64,000 bases of DNA from Candidatus Helarchaeota archaeon. Lineage in GTDB: Archaea > Asgardarchaeota > Lokiarchaeia > Helarchaeales > RDOG01. The position numbers were made by a program, and so were the translations under genes. Shown piece after piece: positions 30,598 to 40,102 of this stretch. The stretch's first letter is position 1. Every line of letters starts with the position of its first letter. Under the pieces are notes generated by a model that had not been told where the DNA came from, did not search any database, and was given only the letters and a program-made list of their open reading frames with translations. Location of the stretch: NCBI GenBank assembly GCA_019058315.1, contig JAHPZH010000001.1, positions 32,001-96,000 of the forward strand, read 5' to 3'.

Positions 30598-31511
30598 TGG
30601 AAATAACTGTTCTAAGTGGTAAAGGTGGTGTTGGGAAAACTACTCTAACCGCCTCTCTTTCATATTTATTTCATCAAGATAATCAAAATATCATTTCTGT
30701 TGATACTGATGTCGATGCACCAAATTTATTATTAATTCTAGGTGGCAAAGAGCTAGAGAGGAAAAGTATCGAAGCGTCTGAAAAAGCATTTCTTGATAAA
30801 CAGAAATGTAGAAACTGCGGTGCATGTGAAAAAATTTGTAAGTTTGGTGCTATAAGTTGGGATGATGTAAATGATATTCCTATAATCAGCAGACTTCATT
30901 GTGAGGGATGTGGCGTGTGTTCATTAATCTGCCCTGAACAAGCAATAGAAATTAGACCGGTAAAAAGTGGTAAACTTATACATATGGAAACAAAATTTGG
31001 TTATCCCGTAATTACCGGAGATATTGAAATTGGAGATGCAAGCTCGGGAAAAATTGTCGCCGAAGCAAAAACAAAAGCCCGGGAATTATCTAAAACATTA
31101 AGTTCTGATACCTTATTAGTAGATGGTCCGCCTGGAATAGGCTGCCCTGTAATTGCTTCAGCTTCTGGTTCTACATATATTGTTTTAATAAGTGAACCAA
31201 CACCTGCAGCAAAGCATGATCTTGAAAGAGTATTAGAAATTTCGAGGTTTTTCTGCAAAAGGATTGGTTTAGTTATTAATAAAGCTGATATAAATAAGAA
31301 ATTTACAGAAGAATTAATTAAATTTGCAAAAACTGAAAATTTAGACATTCTTGGAACAATTCCCGTTGATGACGCTGTACCAAAATCCATTACCAATGGA
31401 GTCCCCGTTGTTGTTGATAATCCCAATTCTCCAGCTTCTAAAGCTATTTATTCCATATATGAGAAGTTAAAGAATCATTTAAATGACACTTTAAATGAAA
31501 ATTCGCTTTAA
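30594..31511 (+). CDS. MinD/CobQ-like P-loop ATPase with 4Fe-4S ferredoxin insert (partner paralogue)
   Basis: SGKGGVGKTT, DTDVDAPN, CRNCGACEKIC, DGPPGIGCPV. Confidence 0.9.
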   Translation: MMEITVLSGKGGVGKTTLTASLSYLFHQDNQNIISVDTDVDAPNLLLILGGKELERKSIEASEKAFLDKQKCRNCGACEKICKFGAISWDDVNDIPIISRLHCEGCGVCSLICPEQAIEIRPVKSGKLIHMETKFGYPVITGDIEIGDASSGKIVAEAKTKARELSKTLSSDTLLVDGPPGIGCPVIASASGSTYIVLISEPTPAAKHDLERVLEISRFFCKRIGLVINKADINKKFTEELIKFAKTENLDILGTIPVDDAVPKSITNGVPVVVDNPNSPASKAIYSIYEKLKNHLNDTLNENSL

Positions 31512-31531
31512 CTTGAATTCTATTCCTATTT

Positions 31532-34171
31532 TTATGTTTTTTTAGTTAAATAGCAAATACCTTGTTGTGTAAAAGAATTCATAAAGATATTAACTATTTT
31601 TCCATCCACATCATCGCTTAAATCAATCACTTTAACTGCATCGGCCCAAATTTGAGAATCAGGTATTAACTCTAGAAGCGAATTCTTAGCATTTTGAAAA
31701 TAATTTCGATTTATTATATAATTCTCTTTTTCAGGATGAATAACTAAATAGAGCATATCTGATTCCACGAGAATATTAAAAAAATGGGTTCCAAGTGAAA
31801 CGTCGGGAATCAGATCTCCTATTTTTTCTGTAATTTCGCCTATAATTGAAACATTATCAATTTCAGCGAAAGAAATGGGAACTCCAAAACTCGGTGTAGA
31901 CGTCCCCCAACGTCCGGGACCTAAAAGCATTATTTTTTTGTCCGAATCTTCTTCTAATTGATTTATTTTACCAATTAAACGTGCAATAGAATATCTATCA
32001 CTATCATTCATTTTGCTATAAACTTCAGGAACAACATAGATAATACGATCAATTTGTGTTGCAACACTATTTCCAATAATTGGACCTGAAGTTTTTATTA
32101 TCACCGAATCAATTTCAATATCTTTCGGAGCTGTTATATCTTTTATTTTATTATTAACTTGAAATCGACGGCACTGAAGAAGATTTATTTTATACATTTG
32201 TTCATCAAAGAAGTTTACTGTATATTCTATATCAACAGGAGCTTCATATGCATTTTCTAATGTATTTAATATTTCTTTCATATCATTTATGAAATTAGTA
32301 TTTTTTAAGAGGTTATCAAATGTTAAAACCCAAGGAAAAATAATGGGTCTATTTAGTTTTTGCATTCTTTTTTCCAGTTCTTGATCATAGGTTGCAAAAA
32401 TACTTAAAGGTAACGTGTCTTCAATTAATCGGAAATCCAAGAAATTCAAAGTGTCAAATTTATTCTTTTCAATGTCTAATAAATCAATCTTTTTTTGCGA
32501 AAACCTTTCCACCTCCTCCCAAGAGCTCTCAACACGTAATAAAGGTTCATTTATGGCTACCAATCTAGTAAAATCATCTTCTATACGTTCAACTGCCCTT
32601 GTCCCAAGACCAAATACTAATCTTAAAAATCCAGCATATGGATCAATTTTTTCATTCCATACATAAGGATTAAACGAAAATCCCGTTCCAGCAACTTGTG
32701 GGAAAAAATATTTTCCATACATCGAACCCGAGACTCTTTGAACTAATAAAGCCATTTGTTCATCGTAGGATAATATACCTCGATTTTTTCGGTATACTAA
32801 AGCATCTGGTTGCACGGTACTTGCATAAACCTTTCTAATTGCATTTAAAAATTCTCCTAAACGTTCTTTAGAAGTACCTTGATTTGCACAAAACACACTA
32901 TCATATTTGCCAGAAAATGAATTTCCATATGAATCTTCTTGTAAGCTACTGGAGCGAACAATAATTGGTGCTTGGCCGAAATAATCAAGGATCTCAGAAA
33001 ACTTCTCAATTAAATAATTTGGAAAGGTTCCCGATAGAATTTTTTCATATGTTTCTTTCCATCCCTCAAGGAAAGTATCTAGGTTTGATAATTTTCTGCG
33101 CATCCACCAACAATCATTCTTAACTAAAAATGTATAAAATACATCGCTACCAATATAAAAGGAATCATGTAATTCTAATTTTTTTTCTAAAAGCGGTGTT
33201 TCTTTTTTTAATATTGCTCGTGCAAGTAACATTCCAAAAGTCTTTCCTCCAATAAAACCTGTACCAATCATTCGTTTTCTTATTGAAAGAATGTCTTCAA
33301 TATCAAAATATTTCAGTGCTAATAATAATTGGATTTCATCCTGAACAATTGCTTTTCTTAATAGTTTGCTCTTAAAAACAGACGATTCTTTAACCGAAAT
33401 TTCCCCTAAAAGTAACCCTTCTAATGTTTTTTGGGCTTCTTGAAATGTAAGATGCCATGAATCAACATATTCTCTACTAATATCAAGCCATTGATAATGT
33501 TTTTTTGAAAGGATTTCTGTAATTATAGCACTTTGTTTAATGGTTTGGAAAGTACTTGATGGATCATCTAAATCAACCCATTTATGCAACATAAATATTG
33601 TTGGAGAAAAGCGATTAAAGACTTTTAAGGGATGAACATAAAGAGCATTTTTATCATCATGATAGACATCAATAATGACTTGTGCTGTTTCATGGATATC
33701 ATTAAAAGTTTCTGAATCATGATAATGTCGAAATAAGGCAAAATATGCTACAGTTTTTAGCTCATATAAATAAGGACATATTATCATAAAGAAATTTCCT
33801 AACATCACGTTAGAATACCAATCAACTGCTAAATCAGAAAGAGAATCAAAAACATAACAAGCCCCTATCCCATGCTTATCGATGATACGAATTATTTCTG
33901 AAATAAAATAGTCAAATCCTTTCTCTGGAAATAACTCATAAACTGATACCTTAATATGTTTTTGTATCAAATATTGATGTTGAGCAAAGCGAAAATAAAC
34001 TAAATCTAATTTTTCTCTATCTGCATAAGAGCAAAATGCACGAACAAATGGAAGATAATTTCCGATTTTATCAATCTGAAAAACCACGTTATCTCCGGCA
34101 ACAATACCTTGTAGAATCCCATCTAATGCTGGAATTCCTGAGCTATATTTTAGATTTAATTCATTTTCCAT
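31532..34171 (-). CDS. PEP/pyruvate-binding (PPDK N-terminal ATP-grasp) domain protein with N-terminal RecA/KaiC-like domain
   Basis: SSGIPALDGILQG..GDNVV; IGGKT.GMLLA, PIIVRSSSLQED...FSGKY, FGLGTRAV, LLQCR, GPGRWG, SLGTHFF. Confidence 0.85.
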   Translation of the reverse strand: MENELNLKYSSGIPALDGILQGIVAGDNVVFQIDKIGNYLPFVRAFCSYADREKLDLVYFRFAQHQYLIQKHIKVSVYELFPEKGFDYFISEIIRIIDKHGIGACYVFDSLSDLAVDWYSNVMLGNFFMIICPYLYELKTVAYFALFRHYHDSETFNDIHETAQVIIDVYHDDKNALYVHPLKVFNRFSPTIFMLHKWVDLDDPSSTFQTIKQSAIITEILSKKHYQWLDISREYVDSWHLTFQEAQKTLEGLLLGEISVKESSVFKSKLLRKAIVQDEIQLLLALKYFDIEDILSIRKRMIGTGFIGGKTFGMLLARAILKKETPLLEKKLELHDSFYIGSDVFYTFLVKNDCWWMRRKLSNLDTFLEGWKETYEKILSGTFPNYLIEKFSEILDYFGQAPIIVRSSSLQEDSYGNSFSGKYDSVFCANQGTSKERLGEFLNAIRKVYASTVQPDALVYRKNRGILSYDEQMALLVQRVSGSMYGKYFFPQVAGTGFSFNPYVWNEKIDPYAGFLRLVFGLGTRAVERIEDDFTRLVAINEPLLRVESSWEEVERFSQKKIDLLDIEKNKFDTLNFLDFRLIEDTLPLSIFATYDQELEKRMQKLNRPIIFPWVLTFDNLLKNTNFINDMKEILNTLENAYEAPVDIEYTVNFFDEQMYKINLLQCRRFQVNNKIKDITAPKDIEIDSVIIKTSGPIIGNSVATQIDRIIYVVPEVYSKMNDSDRYSIARLIGKINQLEEDSDKKIMLLGPGRWGTSTPSFGVPISFAEIDNVSIIGEITEKIGDLIPDVSLGTHFFNILVESDMLYLVIHPEKENYIINRNYFQNAKNSLLELIPDSQIWADAVKVIDLSDDVDGKIVNIFMNSFTQQGICYLTKKT

Positions 34172-34292
34172 TTTTTAATTCCTTTATTTTATCTAATCTA
34201 AAATATAGAAAAAAAGCATTTTGAATTTTATTATTATGAATTAAAATAAAAGACTTTATAGGAATAGTTTGGAGAAAAAACTTAATTTAGGA

Positions 34293-34727
34293 TTATTTTG
34301 AACGACTTTCTAGGGCTGCTTTCAAGGTATTAATAGTTAATTCAGCACAATGCGCATTTTCTGGTGGTAAACCATCTAGAGCATTTTTTAGATCTTCTTT
34401 AGTGATTTTTTCAATTTCTTCGATTGATTTATTTTGGATTAACTTAATAACCATACTTCCGCAAGCAACAGTAGCTCCGCATCCATCTGTAAAAAAAGTT
34501 GCATTATCGATTCGATCTCCATTGATTTTTAGAAAAATCTGCATTGTATCACCGCACCAACCTTTAATTTTCGCCATTGCAGATGGATTTTCTATTGTTC
34601 CAAAATGATATGGATGTTTATATTCTTCAATAACTTTTTCAGAAAATATTTTCCTTGCTTCATCATCAATTTCATTTTGGAGTTGAGCAACGAATTGATC
34701 TAATTCTGAATCTTTATCCCGAGCCAT
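34293..34727 (-). CDS. iscU: IscU/NifU-like Fe-S cluster scaffold
   Basis: FSEKVIE, GWCGDTM, DGCGAT.ACGS, GLP.ENAHCA. ATG 34727 lies just after the upstream stop. Confidence 0.88.
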   Translation of the reverse strand: MARDKDSELDQFVAQLQNEIDDEARKIFSEKVIEEYKHPYHFGTIENPSAMAKIKGWCGDTMQIFLKINGDRIDNATFFTDGCGATVACGSMVIKLIQNKSIEEIEKITKEDLKNALDGLPPENAHCAELTINTLKAALESRSK

Positions 34728-34728
34728 T

Positions 34729-35127
34729 TTAACGACAAATTTCGCCTGGTTTATGATTATGATCTCTAAATGCATGTTGTTGGCATGCGTCATCTATTGA
34801 ATTTACAGCTTGAAGTTGGTCATTTTTCCACATGATATATGAATCATTTACCGTACCTTGAGCCCCAATAAAAACTTGAATTTTGAACTGGTCAAATAAC
34901 ATAATTGCACGACGTCCTAATCCTCTACAAATTAAAATATTAATTCCTTTTTGTTGTAATATTTCTGCGGGTAGACCCATTCCACCCATATGTTCGCTTG
35001 TATTTTGGATTACTGTTACTTTATCTGTTTCAGTATCTATAATAGTATATGTAGGACAACGCCCAAAATGTTGTCCGATCTGTTCATTAAATCCATTATT
35101 TCCCATAGTTGGCATACAAATCTTCAT
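34729..35127 (-). CDS. NifB/NifX family protein
   Basis: KICMPT, QHFGRCP, ICRGLG.RA, His-containing tail. Confidence 0.9.
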   Translation of the reverse strand: MKICMPTMGNNGFNEQIGQHFGRCPTYTIIDTETDKVTVIQNTSEHMGGMGLPAEILQQKGINILICRGLGRRAIMLFDQFKIQVFIGAQGTVNDSYIMWKNDQLQAVNSIDDACQQHAFRDHNHKPGEICR

Positions 35128-35295
35128 ATAATAACACCAACTTTCAAAATCAAGATACTTTTTAAAATTTTTTTCATAAACATTTCTTATATACTTCCAT
35201 TTTTTAAAATCAAACTTTTATTATTTGAAAGACTGCCATTCTTTTTCATATTGTGAAAAATATAGTAATTTTTTTTATTTTAATATTTTAGAAAC

Positions 35296-35316
35296 TTGGT
35301 TGCGATCCGAAACCAA
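35296..35316. promoter_or_regulatory. Degenerate palindromic operator TTGGTTGCGA-T-CCGAAACCAA
   Basis: Same GTT.C-N5-GAAAC core; lies in the nifX/cdhA divergent intergenic region. Confidence 0.5.
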
Positions 35317-35442
35317 AATCTAAGAAATATATTGATCTCGAATACTTCAATATGAATAAAGTTTAAAAATCTTATTTAATTTTTCAAAATCAGATAGAAT
35401 TTAAAAATAAAAAGAAAATGAGATTAAATTATTAAAAAAAAT

Positions 35443-35459
35443 AGTTTCAATTTGAAACT
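35443..35459. promoter_or_regulatory. Palindromic operator AGTTTCAA-T-TTGAAACT upstream of cdhA
   Basis: Perfect 17-bp palindrome 21 bp before the cdhA ORF. Confidence 0.65.
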
Positions 35460-35480
35460 TACTATAAATTATTTAATTAA

Positions 35481-37868
35481 GTGATAAAAATGGCAAAAGA
35501 TTCTTTAAGAATGAAATTTGATGAAATAAAGTCTGATAAGATTATTGTTAAAGGTTTACAGGTTCAAATTGGCCGTTTACCTTCTGAAGAATGGGAAGAA
35601 GAATCACTAGGTCCTACCCCTTTACCCAACCACACTGATCTCCGAGAATGGCACCATTTTCTTAACTATCGATATCCCCCATTGTATGCTCCTCTTTGTG
35701 ACATGTGTTGTCTTTGTACTTTTGGAAAATGCGATATGTCACAAGGCAAAAGAGGTGCATGTGGTCTGGGTCTATCGGCTCAACAATCCCGTATAGTCTT
35801 ATTGGCTTGTTTAATAGGTGCAAGCTGCCATGCAGCTCATTCAAGACATTTGGTGCATCATTTAATTGAAGAATTCGGACCGAATAAATCCATAGATATG
35901 GGTGAGGATATCGCAATAGAAGCACCAAATATTCGCATGATCTGTGGATATCGCCCTAAGACTATAAAAGATTTAGAAATTGCATTAGAATGGTGTGAAA
36001 ATCAAGTACTTCATGGAGTTGCAGCTGCCCACACAGGTCAAGAGGGTGCGGCTAAAGATTATGAATCGAAAGCTATGCATATTGGTATGCTTGATCATGT
36101 AGGTATGGAAGTGGCTGATATTGCACAAATTGCTGGATGGGATTTACCCAAAGGTGAAGCTGATGTACCTTTAGTAGAGTCGGGTTTAGGTGTTATTGAC
36201 GAAAAAAAACCAGTTCTACTATTAATCGGTCATAATGTTTCACCCGGTATTGAAGTTATGAATTATATAAATGAAGAAGGACTAGAAGATAAAATTGAAG
36301 TGGGTGGGATTTGTTGCACTATTCTTGATCTTACCCGTTATGATAAGAGAGCAAAAATTGTAGGCCCAATATCTTGGCAACTCAGAATTGTAAGATCAGG
36401 TATAGCTGATGTAATCCAAATTGACGAGCAATGTATAAGACCTGATATTATTGAAGAAGCAAAGAAAGTCAAAGCAAAAGTTATCGCTACTAATGATAAA
36501 GCTACCCACGGACTTCCAAATCAAACAAAATTAGATGAAGATGAAATTGTTGAATTATTAGTTAGTGATAAGCAAGATGCAACTCTTATTTTAGATCCTG
36601 TAAAAGCAGGTCGAGTTTCTGTAAAATTAGCTTTAAAAATGTTTGAAAAACGAAAAAATGAAAAAGGAGAAAAAATTAAAATAATTCCTGACAATATTGA
36701 AGAAGCAATAAAGATAGCCCAAAATTGTACCGATTGTCTTTCTTGTCAACGAGCATGCGGTAATAATTTGGAGGTTAATGAAGCAATGCAAGCAATGAAA
36801 GCTGGCGATCCTTCGTTATTAAAGTTAGTATACGAAAATTGTGTAGGGTGTACAAGATGTGAGGAAGCATGCCCTCAAGAAATACCAATCCATTCTTTAA
36901 TGGTATTTGCTGCTAAGGATCAAATTGAAAATGAGAAATTTAAGTGTCGAGTAGGTCGTGGTCCAATTAAAGATACTGAAATTCGTAATGTAGGTGCACC
37001 TATTGTATTGGGAGAAATTCCTGGGGTAATTGCTATAGTAGGTTGTGCGAATTATACAAAAGGAACTCAAGAAGTCGCTTTGATTGCAGAAGAATTTTTA
37101 AAACGACGATATATTGTAGTTGTAAGTGGATGTGGAGCAATGGATATTGGGAGATATTGGACAATAGACGATGAAGGTAATAAAGTAACCCTTTATGAAA
37201 AATATCCCGGAAACTTTGAAGCTGGAGGGTTAGTTAATGTAGGTTCTTGTGTAAGTAATGCACATATTACTGGAGCATGTGTTAAAGTAGCGAGTATTTT
37301 TGCAAGAAGACCTATAAGAGGTAATTTTGAAGAAATTGCGGATTACATTTTAAATAGGATAGGAGCTTGTGGGATAGCTTGGGGTGCTATGAGTCAAAAA
37401 GCAGCCTCGATCGGAACTGGATGTAATGTATTTGGGATCCCAGTAATCTTGGGAGCTCATGGCATAAAATATCGTCGTCAATTACTAGGAAGATCTGATC
37501 TCTCCGAGAAATGGGAAGTTTATGATGCAAATACTGGTGAAAAAATCAATGGTGGTCCATGTCCAGAACATTTGTTATACTCCGCTGAATCCGTAGAAGA
37601 ATGTATTGTCATGGCTGCGAAATTGTGCCTTCGTTCAAGTGATAATTTCAAAGGAAGACAAGTAAAATTAACTCATTATATCGATTTACATAAAAAATAC
37701 TTTGGAACTTTTCCAGAAGATGTTTATCTCTTCATACGTGAGGAAGCAGATATTCCTCTCACATTAAAAGATGAAGTCCAAGCGCATTTAAAGAAAAACA
37801 AATGGAAACCTACTTACATATGTACAAATACAACTACATTAAAAAGATTGATTCGGAAGAAAAAATAA
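35481..37868 (+). CDS. cdhA: CO dehydrogenase/acetyl-CoA synthase complex subunit alpha (archaeal CdhA)
   Basis: GPTP.P, CDMCCLCTFGKCD, GACG, HAAHSRH, GHN, GICCT, DEQC, two ferredoxin motifs, GSCVSN, WGAMSQKA. Confidence 0.96.
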   Translation: MIKMAKDSLRMKFDEIKSDKIIVKGLQVQIGRLPSEEWEEESLGPTPLPNHTDLREWHHFLNYRYPPLYAPLCDMCCLCTFGKCDMSQGKRGACGLGLSAQQSRIVLLACLIGASCHAAHSRHLVHHLIEEFGPNKSIDMGEDIAIEAPNIRMICGYRPKTIKDLEIALEWCENQVLHGVAAAHTGQEGAAKDYESKAMHIGMLDHVGMEVADIAQIAGWDLPKGEADVPLVESGLGVIDEKKPVLLLIGHNVSPGIEVMNYINEEGLEDKIEVGGICCTILDLTRYDKRAKIVGPISWQLRIVRSGIADVIQIDEQCIRPDIIEEAKKVKAKVIATNDKATHGLPNQTKLDEDEIVELLVSDKQDATLILDPVKAGRVSVKLALKMFEKRKNEKGEKIKIIPDNIEEAIKIAQNCTDCLSCQRACGNNLEVNEAMQAMKAGDPSLLKLVYENCVGCTRCEEACPQEIPIHSLMVFAAKDQIENEKFKCRVGRGPIKDTEIRNVGAPIVLGEIPGVIAIVGCANYTKGTQEVALIAEEFLKRRYIVVVSGCGAMDIGRYWTIDDEGNKVTLYEKYPGNFEAGGLVNVGSCVSNAHITGACVKVASIFARRPIRGNFEEIADYILNRIGACGIAWGAMSQKAASIGTGCNVFGIPVILGAHGIKYRRQLLGRSDLSEKWEVYDANTGEKINGGPCPEHLLYSAESVEECIVMAAKLCLRSSDNFKGRQVKLTHYIDLHKKYFGTFPEDVYLFIREEADIPLTLKDEVQAHLKKNKWKPTYICTNTTTLKRLIRKKK

Positions 37869-37873
37869 AATAG

Positions 37874-37901
37874 ATGTGCAATAAATTAAGGTATTGCACA
37901 T
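37874..37901. terminator. Perfect 10-bp inverted repeat after cdhA (terminator or operator)
   Basis: ATGTGCAATA-aattaagg-TATTGCACAT followed by a T-run, between convergent genes. Confidence 0.55.
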
Positions 37902-38004
37902 ACTCTTAAGACTTTTTTTTTTATTCAAATTGATTTAATATTTGTAGATATTAAATTTCAAAAAATTAAAAAAAAAAATTTGGATATTACAAGTTCTAAT
38001 TTAT

Positions 38005-38352
38005 CTATTTTACTTCTAACTCTTCCAATCTTTGTTTAATATTATCAATAGCTTGCTGCAATTGTTTTAATTGTGCTTCTAGTAGTTGTTTTTCTTGAGT
38101 AGGATCTACTGTAGGAGTTATTGGGATTGTGGGATCATAAGTAAAAATTGTGCTAGGTAAATTTTGAGTATATGCAGGATTTGCCCACCACCATCTAGGT
38201 AACCAAGGAAACCATCGGCAATTAAGAGAAGGATTTGGACCTAGACCACGTCCTATTCCATATCCTGGACCCCAAAAACCTTTTCCAAATCCTAGCCCCA
38301 AACCAAAGCCAAATCCGCGCCTAAAAAACCTAAATCCGCGACCACGCCACAT
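38005..38352 (-). CDS. DUF5320-like Gly/Arg-rich protein with C-terminal coiled coil
   Basis: GRGFRF..GFG repeats, CRWFPWLPRWWW, EKQLLE.Q...L...I..RLEEL. Confidence 0.75.
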   Translation of the reverse strand: MWRGRGFRFFRRGFGFGLGLGFGKGFWGPGYGIGRGLGPNPSLNCRWFPWLPRWWWANPAYTQNLPSTIFTYDPTIPITPTVDPTQEKQLLEAQLKQLQQAIDNIKQRLEELEVK

Positions 38353-38355
38353 TTT

Positions 38356-38724
38356 TTAACCTTCCTCCTCTTCCAAATCTTTAAGTTTTTTACTTATCTG
38401 TTTAATTTGAGATTCTAGAAAACCTAATTGGTCTTTTAGAATCTGTTTTTCTTGTTCCTTCGTCATGTTCATAGAAGGGGGAGGAATGTTTTGTTGAACA
38501 CCAACATTCTGAGAAACATTAGGAATGTTCTGTTGAGAAGCTAACCATTCTTGAAACTGGGGAAGGTTGCCAGTCTCTTGTAACCATTGAGCAGTGGGAG
38601 GTAATCCAGATGGCGTCTTTCCTACCCAACCTGGAGAAAATCCAAATCGCATCCAGCCTGGGAGTCCTGTCAATTGAAACATCCTACGATGTCTTCCTCT
38701 TTGTCCTCGATTCATACTAATCAT
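38356..38724 (-). CDS. DUF5320-like protein
   Basis: GRHRRMF.LTGLPGWMRFG motif; KEQEKQILKDQ..FLE..IKQI coiled coil. Confidence 0.8.
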   Translation of the reverse strand: MISMNRGQRGRHRRMFQLTGLPGWMRFGFSPGWVGKTPSGLPPTAQWLQETGNLPQFQEWLASQQNIPNVSQNVGVQQNIPPPSMNMTKEQEKQILKDQLGFLESQIKQISKKLKDLEEEEG

Positions 38725-38770
38725 CTTTTAATTTCTATTCTTAGATATTGCACAAAAATACTTAAATATT

Positions 38771-38789
38771 TGGTTGCAAGTTGATACCA
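38771..38789. promoter_or_regulatory. Degenerate palindromic operator TGGTTGCAA-G-TTGATACCA
   Basis: Matches the 29086/35444 palindrome at 12 of 14 arm positions; upstream of the DUF5320 genes and divergent DUF134. Confidence 0.55.
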
Positions 38790-39022
38790 TCTTTTTTTTA
38801 AATTTATGCTGTAAAGATAATAAAATAGAAATAAAAAATAGGAAATGATGGAAAATATAAAATTTTCCGTATTTAAATTTGCTATTTTAAAATATTTTAT
38901 AAAAAATATTTATGATTTTTTTTTATTTTATCAACAAAATAAGGAATATTGCACAAAAATTTTTAAATAAACATTTATGAATAAAATTAGAGAAAAACTA
39001 ATTTTTTTATTGGGTGGAATAA

Positions 39023-39373
39023 TTGAATCCTCGTGGAAAAAGAAGAAGATTTGGAAAAAATAGAATATGGCAAGGAAAAGGTCCTGGACGACCAATATCT
39101 TCCAAAAACGTTAAAGAACCTACATTTAAACAATTTCTACCAGTAATCCCGCCAAACTTAATCGAAAAAGTCAATAAAAACCCAATTTTCTTATATTATG
39201 ATGAATTGGAGGCTACTAGACTCGTTGATCATGAAAATCTTACTCAAGAACAAGCAGGGGTTGAAATGGGCGTATCTAGGGGAACTATTTGGAGACTGGT
39301 GCAGAGTGCAAGGACTAAAATTCTAACTTCCATCCTTGAGGGGCAAGCCTTATACATAATTCCTCGAGAATAA
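39023..39373 (+). CDS. DUF134 family HTH (sigma-70 region-4-like) regulator
   Basis: GPGRP, DELEATRLVD.ENLTQEQAG.EMGVSRGTIWR.V.SAR.K. Confidence 0.9.
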   Translation: MNPRGKRRRFGKNRIWQGKGPGRPISSKNVKEPTFKQFLPVIPPNLIEKVNKNPIFLYYDELEATRLVDHENLTQEQAGVEMGVSRGTIWRLVQSARTKILTSILEGQALYIIPRE

Positions 39374-39467
39374 GAAATAACCTATAATAATTAAATTTTT
39401 TTAAGAGAAAAAATTTAGATAATAAAGAATTATATTAGGTTATTATATTTCAAAGGAGAAAAACGCA

Positions 39468-40100
39468 TTGAGCTCAAAATTAATTGAAGCAATAATCAAT
39501 TTAGAAGAAGAAGAATCGATAAAGATAACTCAAGATAGAATAAATTCTGGGGAAGATCCTCTAAATATTTTAAACGAAATTAGAGAAGCAATGACTAAAA
39601 TAGGAAAACGTTTCGAAAATAATGAATACTTTTTACCAGATTTAATGATGTCTGGAGAAATTCTTAGGCAAGTAAGTGATATTATTACACCCAAACTCAA
39701 AGAAATAAAAACAAAAGATCAAATTGGTAAAATTTTATTAGGTACAGTAGCTGGGGATATCCATGATATTGGTAAGGATATCGTAAAGTTTATGTTAGAA
39801 GCTAATGGTTTTGAAGTTCTAGATTTAGGTGTAGATGTTCCCGTAGATACCTTTGTAGAAAAAGTCAAAGAATTTAAGCCTGATATAGTGGCATTAAGTG
39901 GTTTTCTTACGATTGCATTTGATGCTATGAAAGAAACTGTTCAGAAAATCAAAGATGCGGGCTATCGAGATAAAGTAAAAATTATGGTTGGTGGAGGAAC
40001 TGTTGATGAACAAGTAAAAATTTATTCGGAAGCTGATGCATTTGGGGATAGTGCCGTTGATGCAGTAAATTTTGCCAAAAAATGGATGGGTGTTAATTAA
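39468..40100 (+). CDS. Corrinoid (B12-binding) methyltransferase protein
   Basis: YFLPDL, GTVAGDIHDIGKDIV, DLGVDVP, VGGG. Confidence 0.94.
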   Translation: MSSKLIEAIINLEEEESIKITQDRINSGEDPLNILNEIREAMTKIGKRFENNEYFLPDLMMSGEILRQVSDIITPKLKEIKTKDQIGKILLGTVAGDIHDIGKDIVKFMLEANGFEVLDLGVDVPVDTFVEKVKEFKPDIVALSGFLTIAFDAMKETVQKIKDAGYRDKVKIMVGGGTVDEQVKIYSEADAFGDSAVDAVNFAKKWMGVN

Positions 40101-40102
40101 TA

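Noticed and set aside
29086-35458. GTTTCAA...TTGAAAC as CRISPR repeat ends
   Set aside because: Only 15 bp, copies are kilobases apart, no spacers and no cas genes.
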